From Macrostomum lignano (lineage: Eukaryota), in the NCBI GenBank assembly GCA_002269645.1, contig NIVC01004392.1:1-47413 (forward strand): 47,413 nt of DNA. The letters are read 5' to 3'. Positions 26,101 to 38,325 of the stretch are shown piece after piece. Under the pieces are notes generated by a model that saw only the letters and a program-made list of their open reading frames with translations, ran no database searches and was not told the DNA's origin. Every line of letters starts with the position of its first letter. The stretch's first letter is position 1. Position numbers and translations under genes: made by a program.

Positions 26101-29100
26101 TATGAAGGTCAAACAGCTGGTGGCTCCAAAGAAGATCGCGGGAATGCGTACTAGTTCGGTTTCACCATACTATAGCCCTAACTAGGACCGCTATGTAAAC
26201 CATCTGTTTATGTCTGTGTAAAAGCGTTGAAAGGGTCTTATAAGTGCTCAACGGACACTCTTAGTTGGCTTCCTCTTGATAATTGCTGAAAACTTACGCC
26301 AAAAACCATGGAAGGCTACACAACTATGTCTATAAAGTAAACAAATAAATTAGGGTCACTGGCCTATTCAAATACGTAAGAGGCAGAAAAATTAAAATTT
26401 AGCAGGCTTGTAGCAGTTACGTCGCTTTAAAACTTGTTCTTCTTCACGTTCACGGCTTAAAACAAAATAGTGAAACACCGTAAAATCCTAGCTTACAATC
26501 CAAGATAAAATAATTGTCTCGATTTACTTAGCTTATGGCTGCCAGAGCAGCATAGCACCACTTCCAGCACCACATTCTCGCCATCATTGCACTCTGTAAA
26601 ATCACCTTAAAGAAGTTGAACATTGCTCCCCCCGTAGCGCAGCCATACTTGATCTTGCTCTGAGCGGCCAGCGCGTCCAAACTGTCCACAGCGTTTAGTC
26701 GGGTCACGGTGAGGAAGGCGGCCAGGTTAGCTGTGTAGGAGCTGATCAGAATGAGCGTGAAGAACCACCACACTGTGCCCACCATACGAGTTGACGATGC
26801 TCTGGGTGCGAGGTCGGAGCCTAGAATTGTTTATCGTGCATTTTATTCATAGCTTAAGACGTTTGATATTTAATATAGTGCCTTTTAGCTGGTAGCCAGA
26901 GAGTTTCGTACCTGTGATAAATCAAAGTGCCAGTCAAAAACACGGATGTAAATGAGTAATGCCTATATTTACACATCGTGTACAGCCGTAATGATATTCA
27001 TCGATGGGAATGTACACTCTATGGTTGATCTTTACGGGCGCTAAACAAATTAAAAATGAATCTCTAAAAGGCTATTAACTATAGCGAGGCATACCTTGTT
27101 GCATCAAAGATCCAATGGTAAACCAGAGGCTGTTAAAGGCATTGAACTGATTCTCCACTACTGGTACACAAGCACTCTGCGAATACCACTCGTAGGGGCT
27201 GATCCTGGCGCAGAAGTACATCACTAAACTGGCAAGCAGCCAAGCCAGCATCATGTAGGCCCACACTCTTGTGCTGAATGGCAGAAGAAACTGGAATAGA
27301 TCTTGTTCCTGTTCAGTCTTCTTCATAATTAGACTCAGGCCCAGACTCATGTACGGCGTAGTGAAGTCGATAACCTTGAATGTTTACAGAGCGTAACCGT
27401 TTGGTAGATGGTGTGTAAGTTATGATCTTTGCCAAAGATCATTTTATGCGAAATAAGCCTTCATATTAGCCCGCCAGTGCTTCACTGACAAATATTCTAA
27501 GTAAGTATTCTCGTGTGCCGTAATAAACAGTTTGCATGTGGAAGCTGGAATTATTTAGGATATACTTTAAATTAAACTGTAATAAGTGTAGAGACTGAAT
27601 TATTTCTGACTGTGAAACTCGATTGAGGGACAAGCAAGACTTGAATTTGACATCCCAATTTGCAGTAAACGTAGAACGAGTGTCCCAGAAAGTTTACCAA
27701 TTTATAAACACTCTTACGCCCTGCTCTCAATCTAAGCTACACATCGAAAGAAAACGGTAAATTTCATGCTAACAGTCTAGCACAGCTGCATGTACGAGAT
27801 AAACTATACAGACAGAATATTTTCGTCTCATTTCTCAAACAGCCTTTACCGAACAGACAAAGACAAAGGAACAGCTCCAGATGAAGTCATTGGGTGTTCG
27901 ATTCTACTTTTCGTTAGCTGACAGATTTGAGGTTGAGAATCTCCCAGTATTCTAATTAATATCAACTGAATACACCTGCCCTAATGTCAGATGTGCAACC
28001 GACAGCTCAGCCGCAGCTATTGCGCGTCGCATCTGAAGGCTGCGTACTGCTGTTCAGTCGAAGGACTGGGGGGTCACCACACACCCTCAATTACCTCAGC
28101 TAATGCTGGCATCCATTTTACAGCTGGGTGAACTGAAGCAATGCAGAGTAAAGTGCCCTGCTCAAGGACACAAATTCTTCCGAGTGGGTTGAGAATTGAA
28201 ACCCCGACCTTTCAGATATGAGTCCGACGCTACAATATCACTAGGCTCCAACCCCCCCCCCCGGGGTTGTTAAACAGCCTAGTATTCTAAAATGCCCAAA
28301 AAGTGAATAAACATAATTGCTTGCTCACAGTCACATTTACTGTTAAAACTTTCGTTGAAAAACTAATTCTCACCATCTCTCTGTCGTAGGTAATGACCAA
28401 AGAAGCTACTGCGACATCGGCTGTACCAGCGATCAACTCGCCAACTGTGCCGCTCCACACCGTGTTGCCGGCTTTGTCCACGGATGGACTGCCGAACTGG
28501 CCGTCGCGACTCAACCGGATTGTGTATCTGTTTAAGTGGTAGGGCGACTCGCTGTTGACAGTTATCAACCCTAGCTTGAATCTGCGCTTTAGCACCAGGG
28601 GCTTTAGCACCAGGGGCTTTAGCACCAGGGGCTTTAGCACCAGGGGCTTTAGCACCAGGGGCTTTAGCACCAGGGGCTTTAGCACCAGGGGCTTTAGCAC
28701 CAGGGGCTTTAGCACCAGGGGCTTTAGCACCAGGGGCTTTAGCACCAGGGGCTTTAGCACCAGGGGCTTTAGCACCAGGGGCTTTAGCACCAGGGGCTTT
28801 AGCACCAGGGGCTTTAGCACCAGGGGCTTTAGCACCAGGGGCTTTAGCACCAGGGGCTTTAGCACCAGGGGCTTTAGCACCAGGGGCTTTAGCACCAGGG
28901 GCTTTAGCACCAGGGGCTTTAGCACCAGGGGCTTTAGCACCAGGGGCTTTAGCACCAGGGGCTTTAGCACCAGGGGCTTTAGCACCAGGGGCTTTAGCAC
29001 CAGGGGCTTTAGCACCAGGGGCTTTAGCACCAGGGGCTTTAGCACCAGGGGCTTTAGCACCAGGGGCTTTAGCACCAGAGGCTTTAGCACCAGGGGCTTT

Positions 29101-32100
29101 AGCACCAGGGGCTTTAGCACCAGGGGCTTTAGCACCAGGGGCTTTAGCACCAGGGGCTTTAGCACCAGGGGCTTTAGCACCAGGGGCTTTAGCACCAGGG
29201 GCTTTAGCACCAGGGGCTTTAGCACCAGGGGCTTTAGCACCAGGGGCTTTAGCACCAGGGGCTTTAGCACCAGGGGCTTTAGCACCAGGGGCTTTAGCAC
29301 CAGGGGCTTTAGCACCAGGGGCTTTAGCACCAGGGGCTTTAGCACCAGGGGCTTTAGCACCAGGGGCTTTAGCATCAGGGGCGCCAGCACCAGAGGTTTT
29401 AGCACCAGGGGCTTTAGCACCAGGGGCTTTAGCATCAGGGGCGCCAGCACCAGAGGTTTTAGCACCAGGGGCTTTAGCACCAGGGGCTTTAGCACCAGGG
29501 GCTTTAGCACCAGGGGCTTTAGCACCAGGGGCTTTAGCACCAGGGGCTTTAGCACCAGGGGCTTTAGCACCAGGGGCTTTAGCATCAGGGGCGCCAGCAC
29601 CAGAGGTTTTAGCACCAGGGGCTTTAGCACCAGGGGCTTTAGCATCAGGGGCGCCAGCACCAGAGGTTTTAGCACCAGGGGCTTTAGCACCAGGGGCTTT
29701 AGCATCAGGGGCGCCAGCACCAGAGGTTTTAGCACCAGGGGCTTTAGCACCAGGGGCTTTAGCATCAGGGGCGCCAGCACCAGAGGTTTTAGCACCAGGG
29801 GCTTTAGCACCAGGGGCTTTAGCATCAGGGGCGCCAGCACCAGAGGTTTTAGCACCAGGGGCGCCAGCAACAGGATTTGGTGCAATGCATTCAAGACGAA
29901 ACTTGGACTTACTGAAGCACCTTAGGTAGGTTACCTTAGGTACCTAAATTAGTTGGGATTCTAAAAGCAGGAGTGTACCACTCAATATTTAGTTTACGCT
30001 CAGACAGAAGTCATATATATTCCATCGCTCGATAGGGCCATAACTTCAAGTCGCTGACCCAGAAGATAAATTATTTTTATTTATTCATAATTATTAACTT
30101 CACGAGGAGGCAGTACAGATCCGCCCATTCATTTTCCATCCCGGTGCTGAAGCTGTGTAGCAATCTGATAATATTTGATTTTTTGCGTCACGCAGGTCTG
30201 AATTTAAAATGATTACTTTTTGATACTGCGTCAAAGAAATTTTATGACAAACTATGATTGATAACTGCTTTACAGTATCGTCAGAATTTATAAATTCATA
30301 TCGTAAACGATCAGCAAGTTCATTATTTTTGTGAATTTGATAGAATTCTTACTATAAAAACTGAATGGCTGGAGCGGAATACTAAATAAATGACCTCAAG
30401 GCTCCAACTTCTCGCTAGGGAATCAAAACTAGGTCTCAGATTAACCATTCTGAGTACTATAAGATTGACGTCCTTTTGATTGAATTAAAGTTTAAAAATG
30501 AATGAGGAAAACGAATTTTAAGTGACGACAAGAAACGTTTAAGTGCACTTCAGCAAATATTTTGATGTGTACTTTTGCCGTAGTTTGTTTATCTGAGGAT
30601 GGTTTGCTTACCCTCAAATTTTAAAGTGCGCTCGAATTTTCACGTGATTTTCTAAAAGCCCAATTAAATATTCTGAAAGATTTTTGAGACTTTGCTTGCC
30701 GGATATCTAATTTAGTATTCTTTAACACGAATAGATAGGCACCAATAAGACCACTTTTGGAAGAAATTCTTCACTGCCTAGGCGAGGACGTATGTTGTAT
30801 AGAAATAATTTATTAAAGAGCTGCACGGAAGGTTTCGACTGCCAATTTCTTCAACAATCAATTTTGCGACTAGGTGAACTTTCTATAATGTCTACAATGT
30901 AAATGTACATATATAAAGAGTCGAGGGGGTCAGGGGTCATACTATAAAACTGTCGGAGCGTACGTTCGATCGTACGTAAGAACTTTTACACTGCGGAGAT
31001 AGGAGCTAAGAACGATCTTATCTTACGATGGCTTTATAGAACGGGCCTTGTGTGCCTTGGGGGTTGGCCCTCATGGTACAGTTTTCGTACACAAGCCCCA
31101 GATTAATGTCGCCCTAACTCACCTACAGTTGATCTTCTTGGCCACCTGTTTAAACAGCTCAATGGAGAACCCCGTCCAGCGGTCGTTTCCAGTCAGTCTA
31201 TTGCCATCCTCGTCGAAGTCCCGTTGAAAACTGAAGGGCGGGTCGACAACGGTCACGACAGTGAGATTCATGTCGTTCAAAAGGTCTTCGTAGTACTTTC
31301 TGTGCTTGTACTGAGCGCCCGGTGTCAGCTTGAAGCCTTGATCAGCTGTCCATGTGGCAAACTGCAGAAATATTTTGAGTTGTTTGGCTTCGCTATAAAA
31401 TTGTCAAAATAATTACTCTTCAACAATTTTGATAATGATAGATAGAAACATGTGTGAGAAAGAGCAACTATCATAAAACTGGCTTATCAACGCCATAAAT
31501 ATTCAATGAATTACAAAGCGCAAAAGAAAAATTACACCTGCGTTGTTTTAATTTATTACAAATCAAAATTACTGGAGTGCAAAATATCTTAGCAATTGAA
31601 CCATAAAAATTAATCGTATGTTTCTTTTAGTGCTGTCTTTTCCTTAATCAACTTAATAAGAATTACGATAAATGTATAATGTTAAGGTAAGTTCTGAAAA
31701 TCGTCTGTTATCTTTAAATTTTAGACAGAATCACAGATTTTTAGGAAAATTTTGGATATACTTTGTTATACTTTGTATTGGCCCTGGTGTCCAAGAACAG
31801 CTATGCGCCAAAAGTATGAATAAGTCAGTTCCTGATGAGCCATGTGTGTGCTTTAGAAAGGCTTTTATATACCATCGTCAGCTAAGCAAATGTTTGCCCT
31901 GCTCAGCGCCATGAGACTTAAGGCTTAATGGTTTTTGCTCTCTTTGGAGAAGCAATCGCTAAACATTGGAAGCGTGCACTGCTGCCTTTGGGGTGAGCTC
32001 GAGCGAACTTGCATGCACATACTAGAAATATTACGAGATAATATCCCCTTATACCTGGTACAATCAATCCACATTATAGAAGGAACCAATGTATGCCAAT

Positions 32101-35100
32101 TACTTGTGCTGAGAGCGCGAACAAACAAAAACACCGATCCCACAGCAAATACACGTCGTTATGGATTAAACGTTTCAGCATGCAGAAATAATGAAATTTT
32201 CGTGGAAATGAAAAGTACCGAGGAAGTTACGTCAAAGTCTATTCGATCAGCAAAATAAACAATAAATGCTTAGTATGGACAATATTTCGAGGAAAAGAAA
32301 TGCGGTTCGTACTTTTACAACTCCATCGCTGATCTCCGGAGTCTGAAAACGCGATTTCAAAGACAACAGAAGGTGGGGCGACTTGGTGAGGAGATAACGA
32401 GGGCGCTGCAGTATCGATGCTGGATTCGAATGTGCTGCACCAACTGGCAACGACCATACGAGTATTACTAGTGCTGATTGATGCAAGTAAACTTGGTTTA
32501 GCTTAGGCTTGATTGACTGAATTGACGGACAGGCTGATGGACCAGTGGCCTCGGATTAGGCCCTGGGCTAGCGGGGCTATTTGCCTGATCATTATGAAAG
32601 ATAAATCTAGCGCGTAAAAAAATTAAATCAGGAACAGCTGACCTTAGGCGCCGTATCCGTGTACATGTGGTTGACGCAGAAGCTGAAGTTGTACACAGAA
32701 CTGCCTCCTACTGTCACTACTCCAACTCGGCGTTTGATGTTGCTCTGCAAGTTAATTTGTAGCGGTTCTGAACTCCGTTTAAGGTGTAAAGATTTACCGG
32801 AAATTGCGCACTGCTTACATCAAGTCGCAGATAAAACTCGGATGTATTATCACCAAGGCCGATGTGACAGTTGTTGAGCACGCGAATGTCGCCGCTAGTC
32901 GAGCTGCTGTTGCGAACGGTCAGTGCGAGCCGGGTCTGCCCGAGGCTGCGGTTCCACTCTGCATAAGCGTCTCGCAGTAGTCGATTGATAGCTTCAGTCC
33001 TAGTCAGTTCGATCTGTAATTTGCATAGTGAAAGCAAATAGACAGATTGAAAAACATTTAATAATGGAGTCATAAATCGATTAGTTTGTGCTGTGTCAAC
33101 TTTGCTGATCGCGTGAATTACGGAGCGAGTAATACTTTACCTTCAGGTTTACTGGAAAGTTCATCTGATATTTTCTGTATTAGCTATTTGCCGCTTGTCA
33201 ATACGACGTAAATTTGCGATGAGCAAAGAGCAAAATTCAAGCCTACAATTAATGAACAATTTGCTAATGAACTAAAGATTCCTATCTGTTCACGCAGATT
33301 AACTGCATTACTGTCCCAACAGAGCACGTTCGCAAACAGAATTTGATGCATCTACAGCTGCAGTTTTCGGTAAATTTACCATTAGTAAAAGCCAGTTAAA
33401 GCCAGTCAGAGTTAGTTATGAGTTTCGACGCCTATTCCAGCAAAGCATTTCTCTGCCACATCTTACTGAGGCTCAAATGGTAGCTTTAAGCACTGCTCTC
33501 TAAATCAAAGCCAGCAGGCGATCCGTTGCCAGCGACGAATCTAGCTGCAATTATGCTTGAACTGTCGATCCCTCAGCACGCACACGATCACACAGGGTGT
33601 ACCGCAGCCCTGACATTCTCATCGTTTAAAGGCATGTACACTCTCTGTCTTGGGGCTTGGTCCTCATGGTCGTCGAGAATGGCATTAATCTGTGCACAGA
33701 GGACTCTGATGCGAGAGCCGGACGCGTAACTACTTAGCTACCCATCCACTTCAACGACCCAATTGTTAGTAAAACAAGCTCAGTCAACACATTTCATATT
33801 AGTCAGCTCACTTTCTGCGACGCTGGATCGTCTATAAAGCTGACTCCATCGAATTGATGCGAGGTGAAGTTCACGCCCGAGTAGAGCCGCGAAGCAACGT
33901 GCTCCCTGAAGTAGGTTCGATTCATCTGCAAGATTAGTAGAACGGTTTTAGATTAGTAACAAGCTGTTGAAACCCGAGGAATTTGAATCCCGGGAATTAT
34001 TTTTGCATGAGTTCTAAAATCTGAAATCATACTCAAACAAACAAAAACTTGTTAATTAATACTTAGGATAGAGGTAAACAAAAACGGGAGTAAATTCATG
34101 TTAAATTAAGATTTCAGGCAAGCAGAATGACAGGCAATGTCTGTCAAAGGCATGCGTTGGAAAACTCTGGCCTCTGGCCTCTGCCCTTCTCTACGTCTAT
34201 CGGGTCCTTTGAAACTTCTCTCCTCACTCCTCTCTCCTCTATTATCTCTCCTTTCTCCTCTGTTCTCTCTCGTTTCTGCTCTCTCCGCTCTTCTCTCTTC
34301 TTTCTCCTCTCTACTCTCTCATATCTCATTTCTCCTCTTTTATATCTGCTGTTTTATCTTTTCTCTCCTCTCTTCTCTCTACTCTTTTCTCTCTCCTCCC
34401 CTCTCTCTCCTCTATTATCTGCCCTCCATCCTAGCTTTTCTATAATCTCATCTCTCCTCTTTAACCTCTTATCTTTTCCCTTTCTCTCTTCTCTCTTTTC
34501 TCTCCTCTCGCATCTCCCCTGTCTCCTCTCTCCTCTCTCTTCTCTCCTCTCTCCTCTCCCCTGTCTCCTCTCTCCTCTTTCCTCTCTTCTCTTTCCTCTC
34601 TCCTCTCTCCTCTTTCCTCTCTCCTCCCTTCTCTCTCCTCTCTCCTCTCTCCTCTCTCCTCTCTCCTCTCTCCTCTCTCCTCTCTCCTCTCTCCTCTCTC
34701 CTCTCTCCTCTCTCCTCTCTCCTCTCCCCTGTCTCCTCTCTCCTCTTTCCTCTCTTCTCTTTCCTCTCTCCTCTCTCCTCTCTCCTCTCTCCTCTCTCCT
34801 CTCTCCTCGATCCTCTCTTTACTAGTGTAAAAGGTTTTTTCTAGCTTTACCGGAGGCTAAATTAATTTGAATGTTTAATCAGAACCGATCAGTGCTTAAA
34901 TTCTGTATAAAGACATGCATAGTAAATAGTCTGCATCTGTAAGGGTCTGGCGCTGCTTGGTGCTGGCGGTTCTCTTTTTAGCGCCCCTGATGCTGGCTCA
35001 TTGCCTGACCCTTAAAAAAGCCTGTGTACGCTTCTCAAAGCACCAGAACTTCATAAAAAGCACCAGAGAAAGTAGAGTGAACTGATGAATGTTGTTCATC

Positions 35101-37120
35101 TGCCGGTCTTCCCCAGTTTTCATTCTGCCTAGATTCCTCGTTTCAAATCGTTCGGTTAAAAAACCGGAACCGACTATGGGACCGGGAACTGTCATCTAGA
35201 TCAGTCCAGTTTAATCGCCAACCCAATTTTGCTCGCTAAGGTCACTTAATAGATCCGCTATCAACTAAGCATTATACAGGCGCTTTCGCCCCCAAAACAC
35301 TATATATTGCTGCGTGAGTTGGCACTAAAATTGTACTGCGATTACTGCACTACGGACTCTCCTGAATCTTGGTGGGGCAGTTTCACGCGTTTTTATTTAC
35401 TGTGTTACACCATATTTATGTATTTAAGATAATTGTCGTTTACTTACGCCGCCAACGAGAAGGAAATTGTAGGCCATGCTTGTTAAATTCGCTGCAGAGG
35501 CCTGAAGTATATTAATTTTTTAATAGTTAACGTAATATAGAATTTATAACTATTTTAAACTATGATGGACGATTCTTGGAAAAATTTCAAAGGCTTCATT
35601 TTCTTTTCAAAATTTATGAGGGAGATAGAAACATTTATTTCTGGCAGACGTCGTGTTCTAGCATGTGAAAACTTTCCAAGGAACTATAGTGGTTACTTTT
35701 ATGTTTAGTACCAACAAAGTACAGACTAGAGTTTTGTTAAACTGATAATATTTGTCAAATACTCACTAGATTGAGAAATTTGGGTACCAGAGTCTGCGGC
35801 AAGGCGAGCAGGAACCGGTGCATAGTAGTCAGCTTTAGTTGAGTCAGCAACCGAAATGTCAGGCTAGGAAAGTCCAAGTTAATCATGCGGAACATCACGT
35901 GACCATTGGGGAATGGCAGCAGGGTGTGCATTCGCTCCAAATCTAGGAAGGATTTGCAAGGTATAAGCAGTAATTTGAAAACTCGAACCAAGCGACCCCG
36001 CAGTGGTCTCACCGTGAAATCCGGTGTAAAGCACAGCGAATTCGGTCCATTCGCTCCACTTGACGAATTCGTAGATTGACCGACTTCTCAGCTCGGGTGC
36101 GGGAAAGAAGTTGATGGCATTGTACTGCCAGTCTGTGGGCATGTGCCTGCCCACCTGGCTGTCCGTGTAGACGCAAGCTATTCTAGCTAGCTGGCAGAAC
36201 CGGTTTAGAGCTGGATGAAATGATGTACCGCTAATTGCCACCAGATCTGCGTCGCTAGGTAGCTGGGATAGAGTGCTGCACACTGAGGGTGGGAGTACGG
36301 CATGCATTTTACTGGAACTGGTAAATTTTACTCGCCGCAACAGTTGGTTCTGCGGCCTAATTACAAAGTCATTTAACATCTGAACCATACTCATTCGCCT
36401 GGATTTTTCAGTCATGCTCCGATGCGGATCCGACCTCTATCTGCATTCCTGCTTGGCCCTCCCCTCTTAACGATGCTCGCTGCAGTTTGCAGAGCGCTCT
36501 CTCGCCCGCTTCATTTCTCAGCCAACTGCCCTGGGATTTAGACAGCCTGTCCGGTGCCCGCTGGGTCCCCTCCAATGCAAATCGCAGGGGTCAGCAGGCA
36601 GATCCAGTCGCTATTTTTTTCATAATTCTGCCGCTCCATTAAGCAGTGAAAGCTGTTGTACGAGTAGTTGATGGAAAATAGCCGATTGGTTTTTTGAAAC
36701 GCGAGAGTTTGTGTATTTTTGCCTTTGTTTTCGCGGAATTCACGGAATATATATTAGGGACAATTCTGACAAAAAAGTTGTCTTTAACCAAACAGCTATA
36801 GAAACATTTAATCCCTATTAATGACGTCATTCAGCAGACTCACTGAGCTCGGAAGCTTCAGTTTCAGACACCGGCAGCTCCCGTTGATAGTCGTTGCTCG
36901 ATAGTTTTCGGCCCGTATTGCGGCTCCCTGGTTTGGTTTGTGGGCAGGAATTGAAAATATCTGCCTTGAATAAACAGTGTTATTAAGTTATCGCGCGTCG
37001 CTTACAGGCATGGTACTCCCAGAAAACGCTGCTAATTTTGTTACGTTCCACTCGCAGTTGACAGTTGATTGCTGGCAGGCAGAATAGGCATAGCGGCAGT
37101 AGCAGGCGCCAAGTTTGCAT
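23196..37120 (-). CDS. GRIK: Kainate-like (AMPA/kainate/delta group) ionotropic glutamate receptor subunit; 17 exons, ~936 aa
   Basis: Exons 37120-37006, 36927-36844, 36282-36013, 35942-35767, 35501-35448, 33925-33812, 33689-33603, 33013-32819, 32744-32643, 32342(or 32405)-32313, 31361-31123, 28527-28374, 27374-27095, 26820-26606, 25480-25246, 24665-24394, 23384-23196; phases compatible. Signal peptide [23 protein letters not shown] motifs [22 protein letters not shown] and YSGVNFT. S1 [13 protein letters not shown] and ITYDRE/VIDFT. M1, M2 [14 protein letters not shown]3 [12 protein letters not shown]2 [16 protein letters not shown]4 [11 protein letters not shown]. Intron positions resemble those recalled for vertebrate GRIK genes. 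The symbol is family-level only. Confidence 0.93.
23536..23594. mobile_element. 59-bp PIF/Harbinger-type MITE
   Basis: Perfect 10-bp TIR GACCATAGAC...GTCTATGGTC with TTA on both sides (23533-23535 and 23595-23597). A second copy lies at 42897-42967. Confidence 0.75.
23727..24181. mobile_element. Fold-back (palindromic) non-autonomous element built of ~16-bp subrepeats (TTCACTAGGCCGAAAC)
   Basis: The left arm (23741-~23930) and right arm (~23940-24168) are reverse complements. Both ends are bounded by CTAG. It lies in iGluR intron 16. Confidence 0.8.
25660..26150 (+). mobile_element. Gypsy-type LTR retrotransposon 5' stub: LTR, PBS and dead gag N-terminus
   Basis: TG...CA LTR at 25660-25886 containing AATAAA, followed by PBS TGGTGTCGCAAGCAGGAT at 25889. 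ATG 25931 gives [67 protein letters not shown], like the Gypsy gag pattern W..Y.E...FLS.IG.....L..L.AP.K. In-frame stop at 26036. Antisense within iGluR intron 14. Confidence 0.75.
27971..28250 (-). mobile_element. tRNA/CORE-like SINE, copy B (iGluR intron 12)
   Basis: Colinear with and highly similar to 19528-19808. Confidence 0.85.
28586..29873. repeat. 15-bp minisatellite (AGCACCAGGGGCTTT)n, ~85 units, in iGluR intron 11
   Basis: Near-perfect homogeneous array. The distal third carries variant units arranged mostly as a 60-bp four-unit higher-order repeat. Confidence 0.98.
30933..31047. mobile_element. Possible degenerate Harbinger-like MITE
   Basis: The right end reads GGCCCGTTCTATAAAGCCATCGTAAG on the - strand. 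The left end GGGGTCACTATAAAAC is only an imperfect inverted match. No clear TSD. Confidence 0.3.
34195..34820. repeat. CT-rich low-complexity / (CTCCTCT)n repeat in iGluR intron 5
   Basis: Pure pyrimidine tract with a 7-bp period towards the 3' end. It explains the (LLSPLSS)n ORF. Confidence 0.92.
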
Positions 37121-38039
37121 TGCACTGTGGACTTTCCTTTCCAGCTCGTCTAGTTTTGCAGACAGGTTTTTAAAATAACAAATCGAAAAATCATGCAGAT
37201 AAAAGGAACCTAAACAGCTAAAAGTGTTCGCCCCAAACTGATGATCTTACTGTTGTTGAAGTTCAAGCGCTGAACTCAATGTAAGTTAAAATTTACTCAA
37301 ATCGGCAAAAAGAACTTTTAGTTTTCTTACCTCAAAGGTTGGCCCACTTTTATTGTCGAAATGAATTTTAACAAAACTTTGATTCCTCTTTTAATTATTC
37401 TAGCGATTGCGCATAATCACCTGTACCAAAGTTGCTTTCTAAAGGAAAATAAAGTACCTGATTCGCTTGAATATCTGTTGAGTTAAATAAGCCCAGTTCC
37501 ACGCTGCATCTCATTGGCTGGATCCAGCAGCATGATTTTACTCAGATGGAATTAAGTTCTGCAGTGATTGGCTAACCCAGCTGAAACTGATGGTCGCACC
37601 AAAGTAGCATCGCCCTAGCTAAGTGTCTTTGACAAAGCTTCATCTGAACACTTAAACCGAATCTCGGTTGAAAATTGGTTGGGCACTTTAATTAATTAAC
37701 TAAGCAATGGACTGAAATCGAATTCTACAAGATCGAAATCAAATCGTTTGAATGAAGTGAGATGTCACGCGACAGGATGTCAGAATTGATTGATTGATTG
37801 ACGATCTCGTGTCGAACACTGTTTTCTGCGTGGATAGTTTCATGAGCAACCCAATATTTCATCTATTTCGCGTCAATCCAAATTAATTTTAATGGAAACG
37901 TTGGCGTGACAAAAATATTGTTCTTCCAGGCTGTCAAAAGCTTTTTGAGCTTCCTAAAGTGCTTCGGAAAATAATTAAAGCAGAAAAACTGGTTGAAGTT
38001 CGGCTGGCACACAGAAGCAGGTTATTAAAACTGGGTGTC

Positions 38040-38325
38040 TAAATGTAAACATTATCGAAAAATATTTCATCTGTGAATGTTCCGCCTTTAACTCAGGACT
38101 TTACTCACTTACCCCAGACCAAACCCGGCCTTTCATGCATTTTCAGGCCCGAGAGTTTCAGCCAGCTCGTCCGCTACCTAAGGGCTACCGGGCCAGCGAC
38201 TATCAACCTCCGGGACTCATGGACTTCTGGATCTCGGCACCACCGGATCTTCCTAGGCGACACCGCAGCGCCTCCTCCCTGCTGTATCCCCCCTGCAACT
38301 GGGTCAAGCCTAATAAGTCAAGTTG
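38040..38325 (+). mobile_element. 5'-truncated LOA/R1-like LINE 3' end, degenerate copy 3
   Basis: IEKYFICECSAFN, then frameshifted ...FSQLVRYLRATG. The 3' UTR CCTCCCTGCTGTATCC matches copy 1 (CCCCCCGCTGTATCC), and the tail TAAGTCAAG matches copy 2. Confidence 0.6.

Noticed and set aside
27676-27700. ACGAGTGTCCCAGAAAG resembling the mariner TIR at 1412
   Set aside because: Short isolated match with no partner TIR or transposase sequence.
28287-29925. 535-aa (LKPLV)n and 456-aa (FSTRG)n ORFs; the former runs in frame into iGluR exon 12
   Set aside because: They arise from the 15-bp array (a multiple of 3, with no stop in those frames). The in-frame fusion with the exon is best explained as chance, since a proper phase-2 acceptor exists at 28528-28529.
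34998-35195. Candidate iGluR exon (NLGRMK...HQFTLLSL)
   Set aside because: It has no phase-0 acceptor. The 54-nt exon 35501-35448 has correct sites and fits the alignment better.
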